Positions 13,737 to 25,878 of a stretch of DNA of 64,000 nucleotides are shown here, one piece after another (position 1 is the first letter of the stretch; each line of letters starts with the position of its first letter). Below the pieces are notes generated by a model that was not told where the DNA came from, searched no databases, and saw only the letters and a program-made list of their open reading frames with translations. Where the stretch lies: positions 236,918-300,917 of the forward strand of contig MU619261.1 in the NCBI GenBank assembly GCA_025201805.1, given 5' to 3'. Source of the DNA: Parasitella parasitica NRRL 2501 (Eukaryota > Fungi > Mucoromycota). The position numbers and the translations under genes are program-made.

Positions 13737-13998
13737 CCTTCTGTTTAGTCTGCTTTGTCTACTTCAAAAACGAGCATTTTGTTTTATAGTATTGAATAAT
13801 TTCTAGAAGAAATTTAGAAGGAACCCTCCCCCCCCTTTTTTATTTCTTTTAACGATTTATTTAAACATTTGACGTTATCATCGTTAAAGAATTAACTAGC
13901 TTTCGAAAATCTAATCTGTATATATTTTTATATTGATATTTACCCCCCTTTAAAAGTAGTAATTACACTATCGTTTTCTGTATCTAGAAAAAAAAGCA

Positions 13999-15722
13999 AT
14001 GTTGGTCACAGAAACATTTCATGGTTACATTGAAACGACGCAAGATGTATTGTTGATATTTGAAGGTTGTCGCAGAGGATTGCTTCCAAGGATATGTAGA
14101 CGACTTCAAGAACGTGAGCGTAAAATGATCAGATCAGGTTCCATCTTTGTATTTGATGAAAGAGAATCAGGTAAAAAAAAAGTAACGAAAATATTCACGG
14201 CACAAACTTAGAAACTTTAAAATTATTCCCCATCCACTCAATCTTAGGCATTAAACGTTGGACAGACGGCCGAGTCTGGAGTCCTTCTCGTATTTTGGGC
14301 AACTTTTTAATTTATCGAGAATTAGATAAGAAAGCCGGTGAAAAGAAATTAGCTGCACTTAACAACAATAACAATAGCAATGAAAGAAGAAGCTTCAGTT
14401 TGGATAGCACAGTTGATAGAAACAAGGAGCGCCAACTTGTTGGTAGTTTATCAGACTCTTATAGATTTAAAGAAGACGGTCTCATCAAAAAGACAATGTC
14501 CATTATTGTAAATGGTGTAGCCCAACATCTTATCTCTTATTATGATCCTCAAGAAGTACTGCAAGAGAAATTACGTGCTCCTTCCTCGGTGCCTGAATTA
14601 GCCAGCCTTGAAATTTCACCCGAATTACTTGTCAAGCAAAACTTTAGAATCCCCCCTTTAGTCGAACCAACATTTGATCAAAATGATCATCATCTAGGGT
14701 CTATTACTCCTCCTGAGGCATCTACGTCCACCGGTTTCAATACAACACGTGCAATGCATCCTCTACGCAGTATGTCTGTAGGATCTATTCGCCATGAACA
14801 GCAACAGCAACAACTGATGTATCACCCATATCAACAACCACACCAGCACAGACCTCAATCTCCTTCGACTAATAACTTTCAGCATCCCCTATCTATACCA
14901 AATGTATATGGAAATAATAACAGCAATACTAATAATACTACAGGATTTCACGCTACAAACATGCCTTCTCCTTCGAGCTTGACATCTTCACCTAGTACAC
15001 CTATGCTTTCGCCCTCTCGCTATCACCACCAGCAACATCATCAACAACAGCAGCACCAAAGGCACTATTCAACTTCATCCGTTTCCTCTATATCATTGCC
15101 GAGATTTGACCCTCGCAACTATTCTGATCCCATGCGACAAGGCTCCTCTTCGTCTTCTTTGAACCAAATCATGACCTCGGAACAAAGTGAGCGTTTTGCT
15201 TCTCCTAATCTTGGTCAGCTATTAAATCCTATCCATCCTCTCAACAATACCAATTCAACTAATGATGCTTCTTCAACTCCTGTGACAGCTTCTCCCGCTA
15301 GTAACGATATTTTGCAGTCTATGGGTATTCATCAGCACTATGAATATAATTCATCTAACCTGCGTAATTCCATCAGCAGTGCTAGCAACGGCAATAATCA
15401 TCATCAAGGTAGCCATGTTGATATAAAGCTTGAAATGAACCCACATACTTCCAATGGCAGTAATGATGGCAATAGGGGTGATAATCACAATCATAGCCAT
15501 TTGCATCGCCATGGCGGGGGCGCCGGCGCCAGCAGTGATGGTTGTACTGAAGGAAGTAGTGGTGGAGGCGGAGGCGGAGGAGGTGATGAAAGCGGTATAG
15601 ATTATATGTACTATCAACGCCCTTTAGCCAACCATCAACAACATTTGCATAATAATTTTATGTTTCAGCAACAAGATGTTTATACAAATGCCCAAGATCA
15701 TAATGATTTAATGTTAAAATAA
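13999..15722 (+). CDS. Gti1/Pac2 (WOPR family) transcription factor
   Basis: ETFHGYIETTQDVLLIFEGCRRGLLPRICRRLQERER...IRSGSIFVFDERESG|IKRWTDGRVWSPSRILGNFLIYREL...GLIKKTMS...HLISYY. Intron at 14171-14248; Q/N/H-rich tail. Confidence 0.95.
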
Positions 15723-18214
15723 TTTGCAGATTGCCTTTTTCGTTTTTCTTTATATTGTATTGCTTTTTTTTTAAAACCCTTTCCATTGTTTCTTTTTGTT
15801 TAAAGAAATATTGTATACATATCTTGCGGTTCTTTTTTATTTATTTTCCTTTGTATGCATGTACATTTTTGTGTAAGAATTGGTCATCTCGATCAATGAA
15901 ATCTTGAAATAAAAAAACTGCGAAAATCTATAATATCTACGTCTATTTGTATTGGTACAAACCCAACCAAAGAAGGTGATTTATGAGCTCTCATTTTATA
16001 GTCTATATCATTAGCGCGCTTAATGATTCGCCTATTGCCACCTTGGTCATTTCACCGACCTATTTAATCTTTACGACAGCAAAGCAAAGGTTTTAAAACA
16101 CAAGCTGTGTTCTATTAAAAATGTTCATGCCTGCAAAAAAAAACCGCTCCTTTTTATGTATACATAAAAAAGGGGGAGGAGGGGACAATTACAAAGCGAC
16201 AAATAAAAAGCAACCAAAGTTCATGACGAAAAAAGACGCAGCGATCAAGTTATAATGGAAAAGATCGAGTGGACTCGATTGGGAAATGAGATTAAAAAAT
16301 GGATACAGAATCTCAATTCTAAACTCATCCTGATCGAATATGTGGTCCTTGGGTGCGTAGACCGTCCGTCCATCACACAGTTTTAAAGTTATTAGCTTTT
16401 ATTCTGCTTCGCCATGTCAAATCCAGGTACAGATTAAAATATTAAAAAACTGCCTTATATTGTTGATAAAGAATGTTTTCGCTCAACCTCATCAGCATTG
16501 AAGATTGGCAAGAAATCAGTCTCCCAAAACTGAAGAGCAAAAAACTGGGTTTCTTCGCTGCTGCTATTTTAGTCAAAAAGCAACTACTTTTGTAGCGAAA
16601 TTCCGTATATGCGTCGCCCTGCGGGAATAAAGTATATATCGGGCAGCCTTGATGATAGCGGTATCAGACAAGTATAAAACATGGCTTGATTTGTTCGTTA
16701 TGCAAAGTTATAAGCGTTTATATGCATATTTTCAATAAAAATTGTTGATTTTTGTGGCCACTGTTTATGTACTATACGCATAGCTTGCTTCCAACGGAAA
16801 CAATGTATGTAGCAGATGAGACTGACTTTAGAGGACATGTTATTTATCATGTCTGATCTTGGATAGCAATGTGAGGGGTCTCGTTATTAGAAGTTGTTAT
16901 ATCAATAACATGCTTTAGTGCTTGTGGCCAGATCAAGGGGCTAAAGCCAATGGATAAAAAAATGATTTACATCGCATGCTCTATATAGTAAACCTTAGTT
17001 GCAGCCGTACATTACGACGTTAGTACATAATGTTGGTTCATATAAATACACCAAGAAGATGTATTTCCTAATAAAAATGAAACTATTTGGCAGATTCATT
17101 TTACGGACTAATTTTGACATAATAACAGAAGGTATATACCAAAAACCATTGTTTATTTATACCGTAGTAGTAATGAAGTAAAGAAGAATATTTAAAAACT
17201 TCGTAGTATCAATAATAGAATCACCATATCAGTAGTAGAAGAAATATAATAGTTATTCGCCATCATTAAGCGTGGCACAATGGCTATGAGAGTGAACAGC
17301 TTGGACAGCTTCGTGAAGCGAAACAAGCTTGGCACATATTCAGCTCGTCTTCTTGTAGAAATACTGTAGTGGTTATAAGTAACATAAAACTCCTTTGAAC
17401 AATTGCAGCTGATAAAATCTCCAGAGCATGCAATAATAGTAGCTTTAATCAGAGTTATTGACATCCAAGCTGCAGAAGAAAGTGCTTTCCATCCATTTTT
17501 GCCTAACGGACTCTCATAAAAATCAAGTAAATTGATGATTATAGAGTGTCGTATTCACATGTTGGCGTTTGCCTTTCTTCCTTCCCTTCAATCAGCTCTT
17601 CAGAGCGTTTCTATTGACTCAATATTCCATTATAGAAAATGTTCTTCAGTTAAATATTTGAACTTTCGCTGCGATTTTCAGATGCATGCTCTAGCTTTTA
17701 ATCAAGCCACAGGGATTCGTTTAAATTCGCATGCTTGTCAACAGTGTTACTATTACAATTCTCTTTTTTTTTTTGCTTTTGTTTTTGTTTTTATTGTTTT
17801 TTTTTGCCTATTTTCATTAATATTTGAGAACGGAGCCATCCATATAGTTTAGAAACATGTTTACTCTTGGAATGGGCTTCATTTGGAATCTATTTAAATC
17901 TCTTTAGAGATCAGCACAATTTATACCTATGGTCTGCATTGTTTTGCATGCATCTTTTACCATGTAGCTTTAATGCAGCAAGGTCTTTCAAAACTCACTG
18001 CATTTGCTCTGTCTCATATACACCATCGAACTAGATACAAATAGTTTTATTTTACACGCTTTGCATTTATACATACATTTTTGTGTTTACGCCAGTGCAG
18101 TTCACCATAAAGGATTCTCACAAATAATAATAATTATGAAAAAAGTATATATATTCGCATGAAACTTGATTTGCCCCCAGGGCAACTATTTAATTCACTC
18201 ATATTTTAATAAAA

Positions 18215-18532
18215 ATGCATTTAGTGACTCAAATACTCATCTCATTAGCACTCGCAAGCTACATGGTACAGATATCCCAAGCTTTGCCTACAGATGGAAT
18301 GATTGGTAAATCTGAAGGCCATTCCCTGAGTAAGCGTAACGGCCTCCCTCTTGTTAGCGACTTACTTGGTGGTATTGGCAATAACAGGAGTGGTGCCACT
18401 CCTAATGCAGTAGCAGCAGAAAATGCTCAACTAATGGGTCATGGCAAGATTAGCAAGACTGGCAAGAGTACAAAATCCAAGAAGCAAAAGAAGCAGAAAA
18501 AGGCGAAGAAACATTTAAAGAAGAATCAATAA
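18215..18532 (+). CDS. Small secreted prepro-peptide with a Kex2 site, GLPLVSDLLGG motif and very basic tail; paralog of 19833-20660
   Basis: Signal peptide MHLVTQILISLALASYMVQISQA, pro-piece ending SLSKR, then NGLPLVSDLLGG and a Lys-rich C-terminus. Start context is aaaATG. Confidence 0.75.
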   Translation: MHLVTQILISLALASYMVQISQALPTDGMIGKSEGHSLSKRNGLPLVSDLLGGIGNNRSGATPNAVAAENAQLMGHGKISKTGKSTKSKKQKKQKKAKKHLKKNQ

Positions 18533-19832
18533 ATGGCCCCTGTTATTGAGCAGTTAGGGCAATGGCAAAATAAATCTTGCGTTATGGTGTACTTGAACAG
18601 CAAAAATAAAGAAGTCTATATACTTACAACAATTGTTGATTGTGGCGAAAGAAGAGTGCATATTCAGATTGTGTGAGGTATCATAATACTGTGATTACTT
18701 ATTCAAGTACATTTATGATTTGTGCATGTACAAGTCATTTAAGCGCTCTATTTAGATCAGAGATCGACCTTACACTGAAATTGACTCAGATCAGTATTAG
18801 AATTTATATTGACAATACAGCCACTATATGATATTACCATAGTATAAGCTTACACAAATAGCTTGTTGAGCTTTCATAGAAGACTAACCATAGTCATTTT
18901 ATCCACATTAATGTCATAAACTAGGGACATTGTATAAAATACTATCACGCACATCAAGGATAAATAACGCAATACAGAAAGACTAATTAATGCAATACAG
19001 AAAAAAAAAAATTAAAAGAGAAATACTACTAAGAAAGGAGCTATACTATGTATGCTTGCATCTACTTTATTCTTCTTTTTGTACATCTTCCTAGTAAAAA
19101 CACAGAGGATACATTCACCATTTCTCATGCGGCTGCAACAGTTTTGATTGTTCATACAATGGGCCCCCTAATTGATCTTTCTCCCTTCTTTGCCTACCCC
19201 GTCCTAATTTACCCCTTACATACTAGAGTTGTTGGAGTATTTCAACGTTTAGCTACATATCACACATACAATCTGACACAGGCTTCGAATGAGGCCTGTG
19301 TTTCTTACTTGGGAATAGCGACTGCAAAATACCAAAAAGGGGGAGTATCTCGCTCAAAAAGAAGGGGAAGACTTGGATGAAACGGGATAAGGGATCAGAA
19401 GAAATGGCAGCACCAAATACACCAACAGCAGGTACAACGACAATTGGTAAGGCTGTGTTCTTGAAATATATATGTATATATTTATTCATTTTTATTCATT
19501 AATATATGATAGCTCTAATGAAAAATGTAATGAAATATTGTGGGTGTAGTACATCATTATACTCAAGACACGTGAGCCACCTTTTGCTTGAGCTTATAAA
19601 GAATATAGACAGGTGGACCTGAAGAAAGCTAAATAATAGGAGTATCTCAATGTTTCCTACTTGCAACACAAATCCTCCCTCTTTATAGTATGCATATGAG
19701 TATATATATATATTTTTTTTTTTTTTACTAAGACCACTATAATCCTTATTCATATATAAGGGTTAATTACCAGTTTTCTTTCCATTGATTTTTAATACTC
19801 TCTTTTTAACTTTATAGAACTTTTTGTATAAA

Positions 19833-20660
19833 ATGCGCACACATACATTATTTGCCGTAGCACTTGCTAGTTTCTTGATCAATTTCTCAGAAGCAGCCAC
19901 CTTGAACAAGCGAAATGAAGCGGTCGATATGGTGACAGGTTTTGTGACACCAGGAGGTGTCAGTAACTTGGCTGGAACTGCTGCTAGTTCAGTTCCTTCC
20001 ACTGCTGGTGTATTGGGTAAACGTGAAGAGGAAATGAAGAGAGATCTCTTGGGTGGCTTGCCTCTCGTTGGTGGCCTTTTGGGAGGTGATGGAAAGGCAG
20101 CCCCTGCTTCAGCAAAGAAAGGCAGTAAAGGCAAAGGCACAGCATCAACTGGAGAAGATGGTCTTTTAGGCGGTTTAGTAAAGCGAGATCTCTTGGGTGG
20201 TGGCTTGCCTCTCGTTGGTGACCTTTTGGGAGGTGATGGAAAGGCAGCCCCTGCTTCAGCAAAGAAAGGCAGTAAAGGCAAAGGCACAGCATCAACTGGA
20301 GAAGATGGTCTTTTAGGCGGTTTAGTAAAGCGAGATCTCTTAGGTGGTGGCTTGCCTCTCGTTGGTGACCTTTTGGGAGGTGATGGAAAGGCAGCCCCTG
20401 CTTCAGCAAAGAAAGGCAGTAAAGGCAAAGGCACAGCATCAACTGGAGAAGATGGTCTTTTAGGCGGTTTAGTAAAGCGAGATCTCTTAGGTGGTGGCTT
20501 GCCTCTTGTTGGTGACCTTTTGGGAAGTGATGGAAATCCCGGCAAGAAAGCTAAGCAAGCTGCAACAAAGGGCAATGGTCGTGGCCGTAAGAGCAGTAGT
20601 AAAACACAAGAAGAAGGTGGTGTGTTAGGTGGTGGGTTGCCTGTTATTGGCGGCCTTTAG
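19833..20660 (+). CDS. Secreted Kex2-processed repeat protein (KEP-type peptide precursor)
   Basis: ATG 19833; signal peptide MRTHTLFAVALASFLINFSEA; six KR sites; three near-identical 48-49-aa units KR-DLLGG(G)LPLVG(D/G)LLGGDGKAAPASAKKGSKGKGTASTGEDGLLGGLV plus a divergent fourth. TATA-like catatataag at ~19751. Confidence 0.85.
   Translation: MRTHTLFAVALASFLINFSEAATLNKRNEAVDMVTGFVTPGGVSNLAGTAASSVPSTAGVLGKREEEMKRDLLGGLPLVGGLLGGDGKAAPASAKKGSKGKGTASTGEDGLLGGLVKRDLLGGGLPLVGDLLGGDGKAAPASAKKGSKGKGTASTGEDGLLGGLVKRDLLGGGLPLVGDLLGGDGKAAPASAKKGSKGKGTASTGEDGLLGGLVKRDLLGGGLPLVGDLLGSDGNPGKKAKQAATKGNGRGRKSSSKTQEEGGVLGGGLPVIGGL
20037..20535 (+). repeat. Coding tandem repeat, 144/147-nt unit, ~3.4 copies
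   Basis: Units start at 20037, 20181, 20328 and 20475 and are nearly identical at the DNA level. Confidence 0.95.
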
Positions 20661-22093
20661 GGTTAAACATAATACTAGAGAATTCAAATAAATTATATTG
20701 TCTTATTACGAATAACATGTTATGCGCATGGCTTTTGCATCGGCATTTCCAAAGCAATGTATATCTGTTTGGAGCATGTTTCTGCTATATCGTTGCTATC
20801 TGTCTAATTCAGATAAGACGCTGTTGCATCTCCTTAACTCTGGGTGTGCTTAGCATCAAGCTTTTTGTCATTAATGAATTCATTACGTAAAATAGACCTT
20901 TCTCTCAACCTGCATCCGTTCTGCGCAATGGGAATTGTACAACATAGTGTAACTGACTGTTGCAATCAATAACGAATACATTTCCTTGATGTTGATCCCA
21001 AGTCTACAATGTTTCAAAAATCGGTCAAACCTGCCCACTCAGTCATAAATTTACTCCTGCAAACAGGCCAATATTATTCCATGCCAAAAAACGTGGCAGC
21101 TGCTATTTGTATGATGAGAAATCCTTTGGGAAACTTGTCTGAAATATTGAATTGATATTTTGAAAGGTTACTGAAAATATAACTGTGATAAATTGAATAC
21201 ACAGCACCTTCGGTCTATGAGCAAAATGGTGGCTTGAATTCAAGATACAACATAGTCATAAAGGTAAACGTAAATGATCATTTCACACTTTTTCATTAGT
21301 AAGTGATGAAGAAACATCTAGTTTGCGCCATGCTGCCACAATAGAAATACAAACTATGTGTCAACGTAAGCAACCAAGTAATCAGATGTCAAGATGAATC
21401 GCATTTTGATTTTCAGTAGAGTAAATGTATTAACAATATAGTGGTATCGTTTATTCGATCAGAGACACATTCGTTATCATTAAAAAAAAATATTTTAGCT
21501 TGAAACGATTATCTCTCCATCCTAAAACTTGACCTGTGGGAATCGTCATGAGGAGCTAGCATTTTCGATCAATTTCCGCATGTTGCTGATACCTTGGAAA
21601 ACTAACACATGCAATTTCATATTTTGAGTGGATGGCGGCAAATGTGGTGTAGCTATTTATCGTGCCCAAAAGGAAAAAAAACTTGTTTGGGGTTACTGAC
21701 CCTTACTTCATTGTGGAAAAAAAGGGGTGAATCGAATCAGTAGCAGTACAAACATAATTACCTGCTTTTATATTCTTGAATTAACATATGAAAATAGTCA
21801 ACCTGATAACTTGCTAATCACAACACCAACACAGTTGACAACCAATTTACAATAGAAAAATGCCATGATTGTGATACAAAGGCAGGCATTCAAAAGCGGA
21901 TTTATGCAAAGGGTGTCTTTTGATATGTCTCATTCGCCCTGGACTGTCCTGCTTGCCACATTTTGTTAACACAGGTTTCACCCATGGAGAAAAAATTAAA
22001 AAAAAAAAAAAGGACCGATCTCTATAAATCCCCATCCGCAATGTCTTGGAATTTCTTTCCCTCTTTCAACTTTCTTTCTTTGTCGTTTCGAAT

Positions 22094-23174
22094 ATGCCTA
22101 TTAGAAAAAGAACAACAGGCCCTAGATCTGCCCCTAAACTCTTCCGATGCTTAGGCTATGGCAATTGTGACATGGTCTTCACTCGAAGCGAGCATTTAGC
22201 AAGACACGAAAGAAAGCATACCGGAGAGGTTGGTACCTTACATTACTTCAAGTTAAAACAGTCATTTACTTTTTATTGCTCCTAGAAACCGTATGAATGC
22301 ATTGTGCCCGGCTGTAATCGAAGATTTAGCAGATTTGACAACATGATGCAGCATACTCAAACTCATGAAAAAACAAAAAGAGCAGCTCACTCTACTGCAA
22401 AATCTACTAAATTAAATCGAAAGCCAAAAGAGAGATCTCCCACTCCGATCAAGTCCGAGTCATTATCATCAGATTACTTGCTTGAAGGATCAAAAGATGT
22501 GCCTGCTCTGGACTTTTCCTCCATGATTGATAGTCGAAAGCTGCCGTTACCAAGACGAGCTTCTCTTACTTGCACCTCCACCACTTACAATTTACCTTTG
22601 ACTTCTGCTTCGTTGATCTATCCAACTCCTCAGCAATCTCATCAAAACACACCTCGAAATCGCTGTTCATGGCCAATTAGAAGGGAACCCTCTTTTTATC
22701 AACAGCCTTATCAACCATACTCGACGAATGAAAGCTATCACAACACTCGTCGTAGATCTTCTACATCTACCCAATCTTCTGAATCGACTTTGGCGACATT
22801 TCCCTCCAATCTCGCAAATCATAATCTTAGACGAAGAATCTCGATTGATGATCTGCGTTTACCAATCGAAGATTTAAAAAATATTCAATTAGGGGAAAAG
22901 CCTAGACTAGACACTGTTGATATTACTCCTGACGAGTATGAAGCATTAGAAGGCTTTAGTCAATTCCATTCCAAACCAGTAATTGCCCCAATACCATGTT
23001 CTCCCACAGGTATAAATATCATCCTCGTTATTATGACATAAGTGGCACTAATTGTTTTCCAAAGATTTGACGCCATCTCCTATTTTGAGAAACGAAAGCC
23101 CAAACTTTGCTTCTCAAGTGTGTGCAATGAGACAGCGTGTCATGACGCTGAATGAATCATTTTCAAGAGGTTAA
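22094..23174 (+). CDS. C2H2 zinc-finger transcription factor, Usv1/Nsf1/Rgm1-like
   Basis: [29 protein letters not shown]|[27 protein letters not shown]. Introns at 22229-22285 and 23010-23064; stop at 23172-23174. Confidence 0.9.
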
Positions 23175-23923
23175 AACAGCAATTTTTTTCAGCTTGTAGC
23201 ACGTGTATTATTGTTTGATTTTTCATTGTAAAGTTTTAATATTATTATATAAGTAAAAAAATAAAATAGCTACCACTGCGGTGTCATGTACGTTGGATTT
23301 GCTTAATGTGGATTGGCACATGCAATTTGAAGAGTTTGTTGTCATGACAGCACTTGTCTGATCTACAATGAATTAGCGAATGATCTCTTATCATGCATAT
23401 GCACATTAGTGACTGTGCGCTACCGTCTGGAGCTCCTTTTATTTGGCACTCTACCAACAGAACATACTCGGGGTTATACCCTGTTTAATAGATAGAAATG
23501 GAGGATACTAGTGTCAAACTCTCTATTGATCTGACTAACAGAGTTTTGCAGCAATTCAATAAATTCTCTCATAAAGCAACCATCACAATAGACATCGGCC
23601 CTAATCTAATGTTGGCCGTAAAGTACTTAGCAAGTTCTTGGATCATCTACAAATCCATTGACGTAAGTTTCAAAGAGTTAGCCAAATAAAGGAATCGAGG
23701 ATATAAAAATTGACGTCAATGATCATTTTATAGGCTGTTTTGAATGCCTATAATAGCAATAAAAAATCTGCCAAAAGTAGTCGCCATAGAATAACTAACA
23801 AGATCCGAAAGAACATGATGAAATGATCAACTCCCAAACTTGAATAGGGGTTTCAAACCAAAATGAATAATAAAGCTTCACATTGCTTTCTCTTTCGTTC
23901 CGGTTCTATACGCCTTTTCAGAA

Positions 23924-24652
23924 ATGAATAGCTTGAGATCTTTAAAAGTTTTTTACAACAAATCCTACGATAAACGCCCAATTCTCACTCTATGCGTTGC
24001 AAATGGCATTCTTGGTGCGGTTAGCGATACAATGGCTCAGAGCATTAGCCTATACAACAAATACAACAAACGTTTGCAAGACGAATTGCTACCTGCTTCA
24101 GTAAAAAAACATCAGAGTATGTGGACATTAACAAATACGTGGGATTTTAAACGCACATTTCGATTTGCTGCCTACAATTTCTGTGTAGCGCCCTTGGGTG
24201 GCAAGTGGTACATGTTTTTAGACAAATTCTTTCCAATGCCTGTGGTTACAGGTGTGGTTACCAAAGCTGTTCAAAGTCAACTCACAAGAAGAGCAAATGG
24301 CATGGCTATCAAGCGTATGGTAACAGATCAAGCACTGTTTGCCCCTGCAGGTTTGGTCCTATTCTTTTCAGTCATGGGTTTGGCAGAAAGTGGCAAATGG
24401 GAGGGTGTAAAAGAGAAGTTCAGAGATGCCTACATGCCTGCTCTAATTGCAAACTACAAGGTGTGGCCGGCTGTGCAATACATTAACTTTAAATTCATGC
24501 CATTACAGTACCGTTTACCTTTTGTCAGTAGCCTGGGCATTGTTTGGAATGCGTATTTGAGTTGGTTGAATAATGCTTCCAAACAAGAGGAAGTTGTGTT
24601 GGAAATATTGGAAAAAGAAGATACCGGATTAGAAGTTGTTCAATCCTCTTAG
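23924..24652 (+). CDS. Mpv17/PMP22 family membrane protein (Sym1-like)
   Basis: RPILTLCVANGILGAVSDTMAQ, WDFKRTFRF, KRMVTDQALFAP, NYKVWPAVQYINFKFMPLQYR and WNAYLS; intronless. Confidence 0.92.
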   Translation: MNSLRSLKVFYNKSYDKRPILTLCVANGILGAVSDTMAQSISLYNKYNKRLQDELLPASVKKHQSMWTLTNTWDFKRTFRFAAYNFCVAPLGGKWYMFLDKFFPMPVVTGVVTKAVQSQLTRRANGMAIKRMVTDQALFAPAGLVLFFSVMGLAESGKWEGVKEKFRDAYMPALIANYKVWPAVQYINFKFMPLQYRLPFVSSLGIVWNAYLSWLNNASKQEEVVLEILEKEDTGLEVVQSS

Positions 24653-25559
24653 ATGACTAGATTATATATAAGCTTTTGTTCATTGCTATGACATATATGT
24701 TTATATACAGACCAATGCCTTACATAATTTATTTTGCAAGTTGATATTAACACTAATAAAGCATTTTATTTCAAGTTTTTGTGCCTGAACGCACTCCTCA
24801 ATTAAAACTTGTTAAAGCACAGTGGCCCACTCGTCAAAGCGACTGACATTAGTAGACATTTATACTCAAAAGTAATAAAAATTGTGATAATTGTCAATCT
24901 GTATAACATTACTAATGCTTATATTCCTGAAGACGCTTAGTAAGATCAAAGTAATCTATAAATTACGGCTGTTTTAATCTTTGGAGAAATTTGAGCTGAG
25001 GGTCCAAGTTTCGACAACAGTCTTTGCTGAAGTCCTGAATCAAATTAATATGCTTAAGGTATGTGAAAATTAAATCAATCCATCAACAAGCAAATTTTAT
25101 TTTAGAGGTGATAGCTGGCCATTCCAATGTAGATTTTATTTCAAACATTACTTATTATTTATCAAGGAAGCTGTTGCTGATAGATCAAAGCATCAAGTCC
25201 GGGATGAATGTGCTGCATACACGGTAATATTCTAATAGACTAACGATGTTGTATCAGACACGGTCAATCGATCATTACGAAATTAGATTGTGGACACCAC
25301 AGTAACAATAAGTAATACGTTCCCTGCGTGGCAAGACAGTTTGGTGTTCTTGAAATGATGGCCAGCTTGGTGAACAAGATTACTTTCTGATTTGAATGCA
25401 GGCTATTTTAAAGTTGATAATATTGCCAACGTAACTTAGATTTACGATTATATATTCCAGAAATGAGTTCATTAGAAGGTGGACCAAGATAATAAAAATA
25501 TGTACAAGAGTTCGTACGCCAAATGTTCTTTACTAGGATTTCCAAAGAATAATACAGAA

Positions 25560-25878
25560 ATAGAAAATTTCCTGACTATAATTGATCTTGGCGATATAAA
25601 TGGGTTCCACGAATATGGCAATACCATAAGACATTCATCTATACAGTGCTTCCATTCTCAATTTACCGACCCGAAAACTTGAAGTTAATTTGACCATTTC
25701 TTCGAAAATAAATTAACCACTTTCAATTAAATGGACCAATATTTTGGTCAAATTGATTACAAAGGCTCTTATTTAAAGTATTTAGGACGAATTTTTTAAA
25801 GACATCCGAATAAAAAGGTTTGGGTCAATTTGGCCGGTCAATCTTTTCCGAAAAAGTGGTCAGAAGCACTGTACCACC
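25560..25878 (+). mobile_element. Possible DNA-transposon end remnant (Merlin/ISXO2-like?)
   Basis: Decayed ORF tail ...HSQFTDPKT*, followed by repeated GGTCA/TGACC motifs and a terminus reading GGTGGTACAGTGCTTCTGACCAC on the minus strand. No partner TIR was seen. Confidence 0.25.

Noticed and set aside
13549-13806. SL-repeat ORF (also 7520-7732 and 7540-7728)
   Set aside because: Translations of CT/GA microsatellites.
16340-16380. GTCC-repeat motif (also ~38467) as a Helentron/DINE-like signature
   Set aside because: Too short; no sub-terminal inverted repeats or hairpin could be supported.
20037-20535. Tandem repeat as a CRISPR-like array
   Set aside because: Units are contiguous, identical and in-frame coding with no unique spacers; the genome is eukaryotic.
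19763-20575. 270-aa antisense ORF (and 19984-20442) opposite the repeat precursor
   Set aside because: Shadow frames of a tandem repeat whose unit lacks antisense stops; the signal peptide and KR logic are on the plus strand.
18215-24652. A RiPP biosynthetic cluster around the repeat precursor
   Set aside because: No DUF3328/UstY oxidase, tyrosinase, peptidase or transporter is visible; the neighbours are a C2H2 factor and Mpv17, both ordinary conserved genes.
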